Assembly: GCA_947630965.1 (NCBI GenBank)
Contig: CANRJO010000003.1
Coordinates: 798 to 64,797 of the forward strand
DNA from: an uncultured Alphaproteobacteria bacterium
GTDB taxonomy: Bacteria > Pseudomonadota > Alphaproteobacteria > RF32 > CAG-239
Direction: 5' to 3'
Length of the DNA stretch: 64,000 nucleotides
Position 1 is the first letter of the stretch; the number at the start of each line of letters is the position of its first letter. A program made the translations under genes and the position numbers. Below the pieces are notes generated by a model. The model was not told the origin of the DNA. It saw only the letters and a list, made by a program, of their open reading frames with translations, and did no database searches. This document shows positions 63,787-64,000 of the stretch, piece after piece.

Positions 63787-64000
63787 TCAGATACGTCCGT
63801 AAATATCCTCAAAGCGGACAATGTCATTTTCATCAAGATTTTCGCCGGTTTGAACCTCAATAAACTCCACTTGTGAGCTTGTAGCATTTTCAATGCGGTG
63901 TTTTGTTTCCGCCGGAATATAAACGGCTTCATTAGCTTGTTTTTCAAAAATTTGCTCACCGAGAGTAATTTTTGCAAGCCCTTTAACAATAATCCAATGT
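63787..64000 (-). CDS. mannose-1-phosphate guanylyltransferase / mannose-6-phosphate isomerase, C-terminal cupin part (partial, 5' end beyond window)
   Basis: Open-ended ORF not in the track. My translation is HWIIVKGLAKITLGEQIFEKQANEAVYIPAETKHRIENATSSQVEFIEVQTGENLDENDIVRFEDIYGRI-stop, which matches the type II PMI/ManC cupin tail. Confidence 0.75.
   Translation of the reverse strand, partial: HWIIVKGLAKITLGEQIFEKQANEAVYIPAETKHRIENATSSQVEFIEVQTGENLDENDIVRFEDIYGRI

Noticed and set aside
63750-63989. Minus-strand 79-aa ORF from the track.
   Set aside because: It is out of frame with, and overlapping, the open-ended frame that translates to a clear ManC/PMI cupin C-terminus (stop at 63787-63789).

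Overview
The window looks like an origin-proximal chromosomal segment of an alphaproteobacterium. Evidence: ffs-dnaX-ybaB-recR, rho, mnmE-mnmG-rsmG-parA-parB with three perfect parS sites, an IalB-family gene, and CtrA-type TTAA-N7-TTAA boxes. The moderately low GC, a secreted ankyrin protein, an H+-PPase and palindromic elements suggest an intracellular Holosporales/Rickettsiales-like lineage; this is inference only. There are about 60 protein genes, mostly housekeeping, and one SRP RNA. I saw no rRNA, tRNA, CRISPR, transposase or integrase. I recovered two edge genes missing from the ORF track by hand translation (1-968 minus; 63787-64000 minus). Accessory content sits in small islets. (i) At 37.8-39.9 kb there is a self-contained operon of three paralogous VirB2/TrbC-like pilin proteins. 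The last carries a ~280-aa G/N/D-rich extension, and no other type IV secretion gene lies in the window. This is my top candidate for an undescribed system. Next to it are a hairpin-rich RNA-like region, a 5'-truncated DUF3800 gene and a 94-bp MITE. (ii) At 59.4-62.4 kb there is a serum-amyloid-A-like domain protein with a Cys-rich membrane partner. (iii) A family of secreted Cys-rich proteins has members at 1-968 and 20371-20799. (iv) Three small cassettes (an HTH gene with a structured leader, a DUF4258 toxin-antitoxin pair, a small membrane gene) are each bracketed by direct copies of a terminator-containing repeat. Other notable points are a SucCD-like pair whose alpha subunit lacks the catalytic histidine, an RquA-like methyltransferase-fold protein, an A9 slippery tract in dnaX and a putative oriC between rho and coaE. 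A ~120-bp palindromic element with covarying stems also occurs twice, and one copy supplies the cmk stop codon.
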